From a virus: 64,000 nucleotides of DNA. The notes beneath the pieces were generated by a model. That model worked only from the letters and a program-made list of their open reading frames with translations, was not told where the DNA came from and made no database searches. The position numbers were made by a program, and so were the translations under genes. Location: the IMG/VR virus record IMGVR_UViG_3300001533_001295, positions 1-64,000 of that record. One strand, written 5' to 3'. Position 1 is the stretch's first letter; each line of letters starts with the position of its first letter. Shown in pieces: positions 31,101 to 38,416 of the stretch.

Positions 31101-32576
31101 CCTCAAGTTAATGAAGTATATGAGGGATTTTTAGACCGACTTAAAGGTATAGGTATAAACCCGGTAAAGTCAGGCGAAGACACTCAGCTTATGGCTATGA
31201 CCGACAACGATGTTAGAGAGCTGGCCGGCAGTAAACGAGTGACAGTACCTGACACTGTTAACATGTTTAAGGATCTTCAGCCTATAAAAGGCGGTTTAAT
31301 GGATCCTGCGATATTTGGTGAAGGCGATAAATTTGCGGCTTTTGATTTACCTGAAGCTCTACCTAATCCAGTATTTGAAGAGCCTTTGCGCAAGCTACTC
31401 GGTGTAACTGAGAAGCAATTTAGAGGCATTATTTCGGGTACAGAAGAGTTAGGTAAGTTTGGCTCAGGACCAGATGCTCTACATAGCTACCTTAAGAACT
31501 TAAACGTAGACGATGAGATTAAGCGCGCTAGACAAGAAATAGCTGGCACTAAGAAAACAGCTAGAGACGCAGCTGTTAAGCGCTTGCGTTATCTAAAGAT
31601 GTTCGAGCGCACTGGCGTTAAGCCTGAAGAGCTTATGGTAAGTGTTGTGCCGGTTATTCCTCCCAATCTTAGACCTATATCTCGCATAGGTAATAAGGGA
31701 TCGGTAGCTGTCTCTGACTCTAACTATTTATATAGAGAGTTAATGTTAGCTGCTGAGAACTTAGGAGAGATGAAACAGTTTTCATCTGACTTAAGTAAGG
31801 AGCGTTTGGCTACGTATGACGCACATAAAGCTCTAGTTGGTTTAACTGATCCTCAAAGCCGAGAGCTGAGGTCTAAAAAAGTAAAAGGTCTTATTAAAGA
31901 GATAATCGGAGACTCACCTAAGACCGGCATAGTTCAGCGCCGGCTTTTATCTACCAACGTCGACAACGTCACTAGAGGCGTCTTGGTGCCTGACACTAGT
32001 CTTAAAATGGGTCAGGTAGGTGTTCCGGTAACTCAGGCCTTAACCTCTTACTCTAATTATGTAATTAGAGATTTAGTTCAAAGCGGTATGCCTAGGGTAG
32101 AAGCTTTAGAGTCAGTTAAGAATAAATCTAAGGAAGCTATACAGGCTCTACAGAGAGTGATTAAAGATAGACCGGTTGTTCTTAGTAGAGCGCCAGTACT
32201 ACATAGGTACGGTAATATCGCCCTAGAGCCAGTCTTGGTGTCGGGCGATGGTATCAGGTTAAACCCTTTCGTATATAAAGGACTCGGAGCTGACAACGAC
32301 GGTGACGCTGTTAATATGCACGTCCCTCACAGCGACGAAGTCGTAAGAGAGGTTAGACAAAGACTCTCTCCGGCCAGTATGCTTATCCACCACCAGGATA
32401 AAAAGACTCCGGCTTTTTCTGTTAGCCAAGATCATCTTCTTGGGCTATATTACGCTTCTACAAAACGCAATGACCGCAAACGAACTAAATATTTTAGTTC
32501 CGTTACTGACGCGGTTGCCGCATTTAAGCGCGGCGAGCTAAACGTAGATGATCCTGTTAAGATCAGCGAATCTTAA
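28158..32576 (+). CDS. Phage RNA polymerase: beta subunit fused to N-terminal half of beta'
   Basis: Beta motifs RLSMGARMSQQALP, GENWEDAI, ADKIAGLYGNKG, ARSIGSYS; then beta' motifs VPVIPPNLRP, LSRAPVLHR and catalytic GADNDGDAVN. Confidence 0.93.
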   Translation: MYPQMIQNNDNEDIALTLNQPAKPLVSYRAVDDAEVLRENVYQKALNAAKSIQPLQYGKFQLALTDVDYEDSPQPTKRDQTTALLGRNSITRRLRGTWSLQDTQTGETVDQRKQIIANVPHVLHDGSIVMRGTRYASGIQQRLRPGVYTRVRKSGELEAHVNAKVGTGPSHRYVLEPETGRFLLNIGNSKIPLSNLLDVLGVDRKRVEDVWGKELTAVNYGKQDPKALNKLYDKFVPNRLRNKDDLSNSEAMRQKISDVFNNIGLDQGVLSQTVNLPTEHLSPEVILAATSKILEISKQQEDKDDRDHPGFATFHDLSDLIAERISNDHGGVRRQLMYKIAQKGNLANLPSGYLDKQINSVIFGSGLAAAVEETNPADILDRITKVTRYGEGGLPSTQSTPSEARNVNLGQFGFIDPVRTAESLRVGVDVNVANPTFIGSDNKLYANFINLGNGQTELHSPDELFNSSLVIGPSSIEGWDSAVVGGKLQLVRQGEGDFKLPSYDNAFNILSQILPMKSASFAQRLSMGARMSQQALPVEGAEAPLVQAAVPGTGGAESYESRIGTKLGAIRAKDRGRVLAVTDDYIEVAYPNGSVVKEDLDYYRPTARKSFIHNTPLVQPGDIVEPGQILAKSNFTDDQGSLAFGKNVRTALIPWGENWEDAIIFSQRMANSMRLNQAYKSHFEITDKDEVGKKPFVSVFASKYNKDILDTLDDNGVVKPGTVVKKGDPLILAIRETDMTGNRVHKKQAKSYSDASVTWDHNHEGLVTHIADSGKGFSVMVTTSKPLEEADKIAGLYGNKGTVRILPDAQMPVAEDGEIIDALISPLAVISRGNSSFPLTMLLGKVAAKTGKSYKIEDFTGQDFTQLVKEELGKNKLNATETVTDPNTGRQIPGVLVGNSYLMALHHSAEAKSSARSIGSYSASGEPARGTKGQAKRVSGQELAAHMAQGAYKYSRESSLLRGRRNDDFWSAYMGGHNIELPQVNEVYEGFLDRLKGIGINPVKSGEDTQLMAMTDNDVRELAGSKRVTVPDTVNMFKDLQPIKGGLMDPAIFGEGDKFAAFDLPEALPNPVFEEPLRKLLGVTEKQFRGIISGTEELGKFGSGPDALHSYLKNLNVDDEIKRARQEIAGTKKTARDAAVKRLRYLKMFERTGVKPEELMVSVVPVIPPNLRPISRIGNKGSVAVSDSNYLYRELMLAAENLGEMKQFSSDLSKERLATYDAHKALVGLTDPQSRELRSKKVKGLIKEIIGDSPKTGIVQRRLLSTNVDNVTRGVLVPDTSLKMGQVGVPVTQALTSYSNYVIRDLVQSGMPRVEALESVKNKSKEAIQALQRVIKDRPVVLSRAPVLHRYGNIALEPVLVSGDGIRLNPFVYKGLGADNDGDAVNMHVPHSDEVVREVRQRLSPASMLIHHQDKKTPAFSVSQDHLLGLYYASTKRNDRKRTKYFSSVTDAVAAFKRGELNVDDPVKISES

Positions 32577-32648
32577 TCCCCTGTAGCTCAATGGCAGAGC
32601 GTTCCGCTGTTAACGGAGTGGTTGTAGGTTCGAGCCCTACTGGGGGAG
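32577..32648 (+). tRNA. tRNA-Asn(GUU)
   Basis: Full cloverleaf: tcccctg/tggggga, ttccg-ctGTTaa-cggag, gtagg-ttcgagc-cctac. Confidence 0.93.
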
Positions 32649-32655
32649 CTACTAA

Positions 32656-32687
32656 GGCCGGATGGCGGAATCGGCAGACGCACAGGT
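32656..32687 (+). pseudogene. 5' half of a Leu-type tRNA (remnant)
   Basis: ggccgga-tg-gcggaatcggcagacgc-acagg is a Leu-type acceptor strand and D arm; no T arm follows. Confidence 0.5.
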
Positions 32688-32772
32688 AGTTAAAGTTGAG
32701 TAAATGACTTCCACTAGTACATAGTCGGGACATGTTCATAAGTCCCGACTATTTCTGATTAATAGCCACGCG

Positions 32773-32846
32773 GGGGGTATAGTCCAACTGGCAGAGACAA
32801 AGGTATTAAAAACCTTCAAGTGTCGGTTCGAATCCGACTACCCCTA
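32773..32846 (+). tRNA. tRNA-Leu(UAA) with short variable loop
   Basis: gggggta/tacccct, aaggt-atTAAaa-acctt, gtcgg-ttcgaat-ccgac. Confidence 0.85.
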
Positions 32847-32931
32847 TTTATTTTTGTGAGTTAACCGAGATAAACTCACAATCTTTACAGTGTATGCTGT
32901 AGGTTATTTTCACCAATATTAAAGGTGCGTT

Positions 32932-33477
32932 ATGGATCAAAAACGACTGCAGAAGTTGCTGTCTAATTTGTGGTCTAAATCAGCGTCAACGCAACCTGTG
33001 TCGGACGTATACATTATTAAGGGTAACCCGGAAGTAGATACCGGTAATGCGCATAATTACGCTAGTTTCTACGAAGACGTAGCTAAAGTTGTTGGCGAAA
33101 ACGGGTTTACATACAGCTTTGACGATGGGCTGGGCGGCACGTTACCGCCTGGCGGTAAATTATGGATCGGCCATAGTCGCGGTGGAGATCGGCTGAGATT
33201 TGCTCCTAAAGAAGTTGCTACGCTCAAGTTAGATGACTTTGAACCAGCCGAGGCTAAAGAGAAACAACGGTTGGCTTATGAGCAGTTATTTAATACGCGA
33301 GGATATAAAAATATAGCCGACGTGCCGTTGCATCTGCGACCTCAGCCAGGGCCGGAACACTATACATTAAATGAAGAGGCTAAGGCGGCTATTGTCGCTA
33401 AACTTCGAGAGTTACGTAAAGTTCGTATTACTTCACGACTTCGGTCGTTGTTAGGTCGATCTCACTTGTTTCCTTAA
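32932..33477 (+). CDS. Small alpha/beta-hydrolase-like protein
   Basis: WIGHSRGG nucleophile elbow; C-terminal His (PEHY); N-terminal SKSAS. Confidence 0.6.
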   Translation: MDQKRLQKLLSNLWSKSASTQPVSDVYIIKGNPEVDTGNAHNYASFYEDVAKVVGENGFTYSFDDGLGGTLPPGGKLWIGHSRGGDRLRFAPKEVATLKLDDFEPAEAKEKQRLAYEQLFNTRGYKNIADVPLHLRPQPGPEHYTLNEEAKAAIVAKLRELRKVRITSRLRSLLGRSHLFP

Positions 33478-33493
33478 ACGTGGAGAAGGTTCT

Positions 33494-33874
33494 ATGCCAG
33501 CTTCTGGATTTTATTGGGCTAAGCACAAAAACTCTGAAAATTACGACATTGTCGTTTATTACAACGAAGACGAGGGTACGCTCAAGTTTGTTAAGTCGTC
33601 TAACAATAAGGTTATTAAGTTTAATCCTGCTACAAGTAAGACCTACACTTTAGGCGAATCAATTCCTGATGACGTAGATAAAGTCACTGAGAGCCTGTTG
33701 GAAGAGAAGTCAGAGTTTTATATAGAGACAGGCGCTGGTCTAGGTAAGCATGTATTCAGGGTTGTCAGGATACTGTCAGACGGAAGCATACATGTTTTTG
33801 GTAGCTACTCCAGTGAGACCGCAGCTATACTAGTAAAAAACAGACTCAACTCAGGTAAACTTCTAGGTTGGTAG
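33494..33874 (+). CDS. Hypothetical protein
   Basis: 126 aa, RBS ggagaagg. Confidence 0.7.
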   Translation: MPASGFYWAKHKNSENYDIVVYYNEDEGTLKFVKSSNNKVIKFNPATSKTYTLGESIPDDVDKVTESLLEEKSEFYIETGAGLGKHVFRVVRILSDGSIHVFGSYSSETAAILVKNRLNSGKLLGW

Positions 33875-33875
33875 C

Positions 33876-34088
33876 ATGCAGGCTTTAATAGATAAGTACT
33901 TAGCTCAGGAGAAAGCTAACAACGAAGAACGTAGAGCATTACACCGAAGACACACGGACGAGTTAAGAGAGTTAAACGAAAGACACAGGTGCGCGCAGAA
34001 TCCTTTTAAGATAGCTCTAGGCAGAGATTACTGCAGAGAGAACGTTCAAGTACTGGCGCAGGCTCTGAGGGCTCTTCGCCGCGACTAA
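33876..34088 (+). CDS. Hypothetical protein
   Basis: 70 aa ORF. Confidence 0.6.
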   Translation: MQALIDKYLAQEKANNEERRALHRRHTDELRELNERHRCAQNPFKIALGRDYCRENVQVLAQALRALRRD

Positions 34089-34100
34089 AAGCGACTAAAG

Positions 34101-34496
34101 ATGTATCTACTAAAATTAATAGTAATTTTAGTTTTATCAGTAGATACATCTATCTCTAGTACCGATAACTACAGGCGTATGGAAGCGGACAAGCCTGTAG
34201 CCGGTCTGTATACTATGCTGGTCAACCGCAGGCACAGCCACAATTTACCTGAGTTAAGATACTGCGCTGACTTAAGCTCTGAGTGTTATTTTAATAACCA
34301 GTTTCAAAGGCGTTACGGCTTAGGTGAGTACACTCGTCAAACCGGTTGCTTCGTGGCAAATGACGGCATGTTCGCTATAAATGTCTTTAGCAAATTATTT
34401 AGCGAGGGACCTGGCTACTATCTAACACTTAACACAAATATAACTAAATTTGGTGCGCACTATGATGGGCATTTTTGGACCGTAATATTCGAGTAG
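34101..34496 (+). CDS. Secreted CAP/SCP-like domain protein
   Basis: Signal peptide; NRRHSHNLPELRYCADLS and LNTNITKFG...FWTVIF resemble the CAP domain. Confidence 0.5.
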   Translation: MYLLKLIVILVLSVDTSISSTDNYRRMEADKPVAGLYTMLVNRRHSHNLPELRYCADLSSECYFNNQFQRRYGLGEYTRQTGCFVANDGMFAINVFSKLFSEGPGYYLTLNTNITKFGAHYDGHFWTVIFE

Positions 34497-34505
34497 GAGC
34501 GGGAC

Positions 34506-34703
34506 TTGTCTGACAAACCTTCATTTGAGTTAAATCAAAGAGTCGAGGTAAATCACTACGGTTTGGGAACTATATCAGAAGTCACTAACAGATTTCATCC
34601 GAAGTACGGTTACGGCTATTTAGTCAATTTGGACAAAAAACAAAAATCTAAACTAAAGTTACTAGCTTGGTTCTACGAAGACGAGATAAAAGCAGCCGAG
34701 TAA
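34506..34703 (+). CDS. Small SH3-like hypothetical protein
   Basis: FELNQRV...GTI...YLVNLD...FYEDEI pattern; RBS aggag. Confidence 0.6.
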   Translation: MSDKPSFELNQRVEVNHYGLGTISEVTNRFHPKYGYGYLVNLDKKQKSKLKLLAWFYEDEIKAAE

Positions 34704-34742
34704 TGTAAGCCTCTGTAGCTCAGCGGATAGAGCAGCGGCCTT

Positions 34743-35348
34743 TAAGTAGTGGGAGCCTTTATGTGGAAGATCGAGAAGATAGTTAGCAAAGGAGATTACA
34801 ATTACTACGTTGTGCGCAATCATCCAAGCTGTACCAAGCATGGCTATGTATTGCATCATAGAGTAGTAGTGGAAAATCACCTTGGCAGGCTTCTTGATCC
34901 GACTGAAGTTGTGCATCACCTAAACGGTGATAAGAAAGATAATCGTGTAGATAACTTGCGTGTTATGGATGAAGCAGATCACGCAAGAGTTCATGGGTAT
35001 GAACAGGGTGCTCGTTTTGTGGAGCTAAAATGTCCGAGCTGCGGTGTGTTATTTCATCGGCCGCGACGACAAACACATTTAGTAAAACCTACAAAATATG
35101 CTACTTGCTCATCCTCATGTCGAGGAAAGTTCTCACGTGAAATTCAACTTCATGGACTAACACATAAAGTGGAGGAGGCTATATCGGAGAATATCGTAAG
35201 AGAGTACACGAAGTATTCACACGACAACTCCGAGCAAACCATTTAACTATGGGATGCGTAGAGACTACACGCCTCCAGCCTGAAATGGCTAAGATATAGT
35301 CCAGCCAGCAAGCCTTTATCGGTGGTCATGGAAACATGATGCTGGAAG
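34743..35348 (+). mobile_element. Group I intron in tRNA-Arg(UCU), between positions 34 and 35
   Basis: 5' exon ends in U, intron ends in G; P7 elements gtagagactaca and aagatatagtcc; P4 tcggag/ctccga. Confidence 0.88.
34749..35246 (+). CDS. Intron-encoded HNH homing endonuclease (likely start ATG 34761)
   Basis: YVLHHRVVVE...VVHHLNGDKKDNRVDNL, then CPSC...CSSSC zinc finger. Confidence 0.9.
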   Translation: MGAFMWKIEKIVSKGDYNYYVVRNHPSCTKHGYVLHHRVVVENHLGRLLDPTEVVHHLNGDKKDNRVDNLRVMDEADHARVHGYEQGARFVELKCPSCGVLFHRPRRQTHLVKPTKYATCSSSCRGKFSREIQLHGLTHKVEEAISENIVREYTKYSHDNSEQTI

Positions 35349-35418
35349 CTAAGCCGTCGGTCGGGGGTTCGAATCCCTCCAGAGGTATTTTCAGTAGTAT
35401 TGCAAAGGAGTGAAAAAT

Positions 35419-35538
35419 ATGAAGAATATTGCATGGTTTATAGTCCAGTGGGTATTAGGTATGCTGCTCAGCTTACCTATAGCCGCCATAATCTTGTGGC
35501 TGCTAGGCGTGCTTAAAATAGAACTAATTATCCACTAA
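35419..35538 (+). CDS. 39-aa membrane peptide (not in ORF track)
   Basis: RBS aaaggag; MKNIAWFIVQWVLGMLLSLPIAAIILWLLGVLKIELIIH. Confidence 0.6.
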   Translation: MKNIAWFIVQWVLGMLLSLPIAAIILWLLGVLKIELIIH

Positions 35539-35579
35539 CAGTTGGGACCGTAGCTCAAAGGTTAGAGCAGGAAACTCAT

Positions 35580-36356
35580 CAGTGTTGACTCTTGTGTTCT
35601 TGGTTATGGTGTACTTTACTAAGTAACTAAGAACCATCGAAAGAAGTCGGATGTCGAAATCCAAAAGTAAGGTGAGAATGTTGAATGGGTATAGAGTTAT
35701 CTACGACCCAACTCATCCAAAAGCTATGACCAGTGAAAATTGGAACGGATATGTGTACGAACATGTAGCTGTTGCTCAAAATTCACTAGGAAGAAGCTTA
35801 GAAAGTGATGAAGTAGTTCATCACTTAGATGGGAACCGCGAGAACAACAGGTCTTCGAATCTGCTTGTTTTGGAGCGGAGTCAGCATGCAAAACTTCACA
35901 GATGGATGGAGACAAATGGTGCCTTTACATTGAAAGATGTAAATGAGAATGGGGTGAATTCAGGGAAACCTAAATCTATTTCGACATGTAAAGTTTGTGG
36001 AAAAACTCTACAAGCAAAGCAAAAAGGTGCTTGCTCACTTAAATGCAAGCGTATCCTTTCCAGGAAGGTTGAAAGACCGGACAGGCCGACGCTAGAAATC
36101 GACATGCAAAATCTATCAATGGTAGCAATTGGTAGTAAGTATGGAGTTTCAGATAATGCGATCAGGAAGTGGATAAAATCTTACGAAATAGACACGGCAA
36201 TCCTGAGCCAAGCTTCTGGTACACCAGAAGAAGGTGCAGAGACTAGCGGAGAGGTAAAGTCCTCTTAATTACCGCCTAGAGCGCCCCACACCCAAACGAG
36301 TAATGTCGTGGGTGGTGAGATAGTCCAGGGAGAAAATGAAAATTTTCACAAACCAG
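35580..36356 (+). mobile_element. Group I intron (IC3/trnL-like core) in CAU tRNA, between positions 36 and 37
   Basis: aattcagggaaac (P), aatcctgagccaag (Q), ggtgcagagactag (R), gagatagtcc (S); terminal G. Confidence 0.9.
35651..36268 (+). CDS. Intron-encoded HNH homing endonuclease with zinc finger and HTH
   Basis: YVYEHVAVA...VVHHLDGNRENNRSSNL; CKVC..CSLKC; IGSKYGVSDNAIRKW. Confidence 0.9.
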   Translation: MSKSKSKVRMLNGYRVIYDPTHPKAMTSENWNGYVYEHVAVAQNSLGRSLESDEVVHHLDGNRENNRSSNLLVLERSQHAKLHRWMETNGAFTLKDVNENGVNSGKPKSISTCKVCGKTLQAKQKGACSLKCKRILSRKVERPDRPTLEIDMQNLSMVAIGSKYGVSDNAIRKWIKSYEIDTAILSQASGTPEEGAETSGEVKSS

Positions 36357-36437
36357 AATTTCTTGGTTGCGGGTTCGAATCCTGCCGGTCCTATTTTAGT
36401 CATTATCTTAGTTTTAAACTTTAACTAGGTTTATACC

Positions 36438-37076
36438 ATGTTTAGTCTATTAGCGGTCATGTGTGTGAATGACTTAATCTTTAGTAAAATTGAGCCAGTT
36501 ACTAATAGATTTGGTTCAGGTACTTTTTATTCGGACGTAATGAATTATGCTTCAAATCCATACGTCCGGGATATAAGGTCTACCAACGCGCACGAGACAA
36601 CGCATGGTATAAACTCGTCACTAAGAAACAGATTCAGGAGCGTTTATCCTCATAAGATAAACGCTTTTTTTGTTGGTAGAGGGGAGTACGTAGTACTCGC
36701 CGAACCTAACATCAGGTTGAGAGATGTAGCGCAATTTGTTCCGGCGGCTCTAAGAGGTCGCCGTTTTAATTTGTACTTCGTGCAACAAGTTAGGCACTGG
36801 GACGATACGCCTTTATATGTGTTAGACGAGTTCGTTTGTTACATAAACGGAGGTAAGGTATGCGTAGACGATCTGTTAAATAATCGGTACAGACAAGAGA
36901 ACACAGACGGCGTGTCTGGTTGTTTAGAGTTTGCCATATACTCTATGGCTTTGGTGAAGTGTATAGAGATTAGAGATCCAGGTTACTTTGAGCGAGAGAA
37001 AAATTTCCTACCATTTATTAACCACTTAATATTTGAGGCAGGTCTTACGTTTTATAAAGGAAGTCAGTTTAGGTAG
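36438..37076 (+). CDS. HExxH metalloprotease-like protein
   Basis: AHETTHGIN and downstream LDEF; frame stays open 47 codons past the TAG. Confidence 0.6.
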   Translation: MFSLLAVMCVNDLIFSKIEPVTNRFGSGTFYSDVMNYASNPYVRDIRSTNAHETTHGINSSLRNRFRSVYPHKINAFFVGRGEYVVLAEPNIRLRDVAQFVPAALRGRRFNLYFVQQVRHWDDTPLYVLDEFVCYINGGKVCVDDLLNNRYRQENTDGVSGCLEFAIYSMALVKCIEIRDPGYFEREKNFLPFINHLIFEAGLTFYKGSQFR

Positions 37077-37222
37077 CTATATAGTCCTACCCAAAATGCT
37101 CTATTAAGAAGACTACAGACAGAACCGTCGGCTAGAGAAATACTAGATCTACTAAGAGGAAGTTTTTACTTAGAACAACAAAGAAGCGGAATCAGACTCT
37201 TTCAAAACCAAAGGAATTAAGC

Positions 37223-38200
37223 ATGGAACCGCAAAACGCGCTGCACAGTATGTTCACTAACTACGTGGAAGATATGTTGGGCCTGGACGCGGAAGGTTTT
37301 CCGAGATTTTTCTTGCACTACAGGCCGACATCTGCCGGAGGCTATGATGCGCTAAGAAAGATGGAGCTGGCTGACGTTAAGCCGGCTTTTAAGAATTTTA
37401 TGGATGTTAAGCTACCTTACATTAAGCGAAAAAGTAAAGGTAACATAGACAAGTATTTTCGACACACCTACTTCATTGCCGACTGGCTCTATAATCAGGG
37501 ACGCGGGCTTACGAGAGCCTGGAGTCCTGAAATTAGGAACGCCGTCTTTGATGAGTGTGTAGCTATTTTAAGTGAAGAGTTCGAAAGTTTTGGTTCGTCT
37601 TTCGAGTCGGTTGAGAAGTGCGAAACCGCTTTATCTAGCTTCCTATGGGCTTGCTTAGCTGGCCTTAAAGGAGGAGACTTAGCGCACAGCTACGTAGCTG
37701 ATATGTTAAGTAATAAATTTAATCACTTCCTGTGGGGAGCGGTTGCAAGCATCTCAGAGGATACCTGCGGCGCTGAGAGTTATATCCTTAACGAAGTGGC
37801 AAGCGGTAATCTGCAGAGTGGCGAGGGCATGCCCTACAACCTCTATCGAGTCGTATTCGACGCCATACAGCCTACTTACTGGCTAGACAGGCCAGATGAT
37901 CGACATACGGAGAAGCTCCCCTTCTCGATCGATCTTGTTTTAACTAATCAAGAGTTCGCCTCAGCATACGCTTGGGAGCGGCCGCACTTGTTCGAGTTTG
38001 AGAAGACTTGGGACAAAGAAGTACTCGAGCCGCTGGAAGAAGAAAAGCAGATCGAGTATCTTAGGGTCTGCGCGGCCAGCAGCTGTGCTAAGGTAGTTGT
38101 CCCTACGCACGTGGAGTGGGGAGTAACTTCTAACAATAAAGCGCTATACCACGTGGTGCTGGATCACATTGTTTATACGACAATGTGTTTCGGCAGCTAA
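37223..38200 (+). CDS. Hypothetical protein
   Basis: 325 aa, RBS aagga. Confidence 0.75.
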   Translation: MEPQNALHSMFTNYVEDMLGLDAEGFPRFFLHYRPTSAGGYDALRKMELADVKPAFKNFMDVKLPYIKRKSKGNIDKYFRHTYFIADWLYNQGRGLTRAWSPEIRNAVFDECVAILSEEFESFGSSFESVEKCETALSSFLWACLAGLKGGDLAHSYVADMLSNKFNHFLWGAVASISEDTCGAESYILNEVASGNLQSGEGMPYNLYRVVFDAIQPTYWLDRPDDRHTEKLPFSIDLVLTNQEFASAYAWERPHLFEFEKTWDKEVLEPLEEEKQIEYLRVCAASSCAKVVVPTHVEWGVTSNNKALYHVVLDHIVYTTMCFGS

Positions 38201-38215
38201 GCTTAGTTAAATAAC

Positions 38216-38258
38216 GCGTCCCCGCTCGTTTCTGGGCGGGGACGCTCATCTATTTTTT
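38216..38258 (+). terminator. GC-rich hairpin, probable terminator
   Basis: gcgtccccgctc/gggcggggacgc with T run shortly after. Confidence 0.6.
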
Positions 38259-38416
38259 AACTAGCAGCAGGTGTGGTAAAGTGTATTAGAGCTTGATCAT
38301 TGGCGCCTGTAACTAACTCTAAGTCTTAAATAAAGTCCGCCTATCTTTGCCTCAAAGCAAAGTATCTTTGGCGGATTTTTTGTCTACCCACACAACTTTC
38401 ACTTGAGGAAATTCTC

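Larger units (their letters stand above)
34709..35387 (+). tRNA. tRNA-Arg(UCU), intron-split (exons 34709-34742 and 35349-35387)
   Basis: Joined exons form a cloverleaf with gcggc-ctTCTaa-gccgt anticodon arm and ggggg-ttcgaat-ccctc T arm. Confidence 0.9.
35544..36393 (+). tRNA. tRNA with CAU anticodon (Ile2-like, or Met), intron-split (exons 35544-35579 and 36357-36393)
   Basis: Joined exons: gggaccg/cggtcct, ggaaa-ctCATaa-tttct, gcggg-ttcgaat-cctgc; body resembles ileX-type tRNAs. Confidence 0.88.

Noticed and set aside
32656-32770. tmRNA or third intron-split tRNA
   Set aside because: No matching 3' acceptor strand with T arm, and no group I core, was found downstream.
32773-32846. Ochre suppressor tRNA (UUA)
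   Set aside because: The 7-nt loop AUUAAAA places U33 before UAA, giving Leu.
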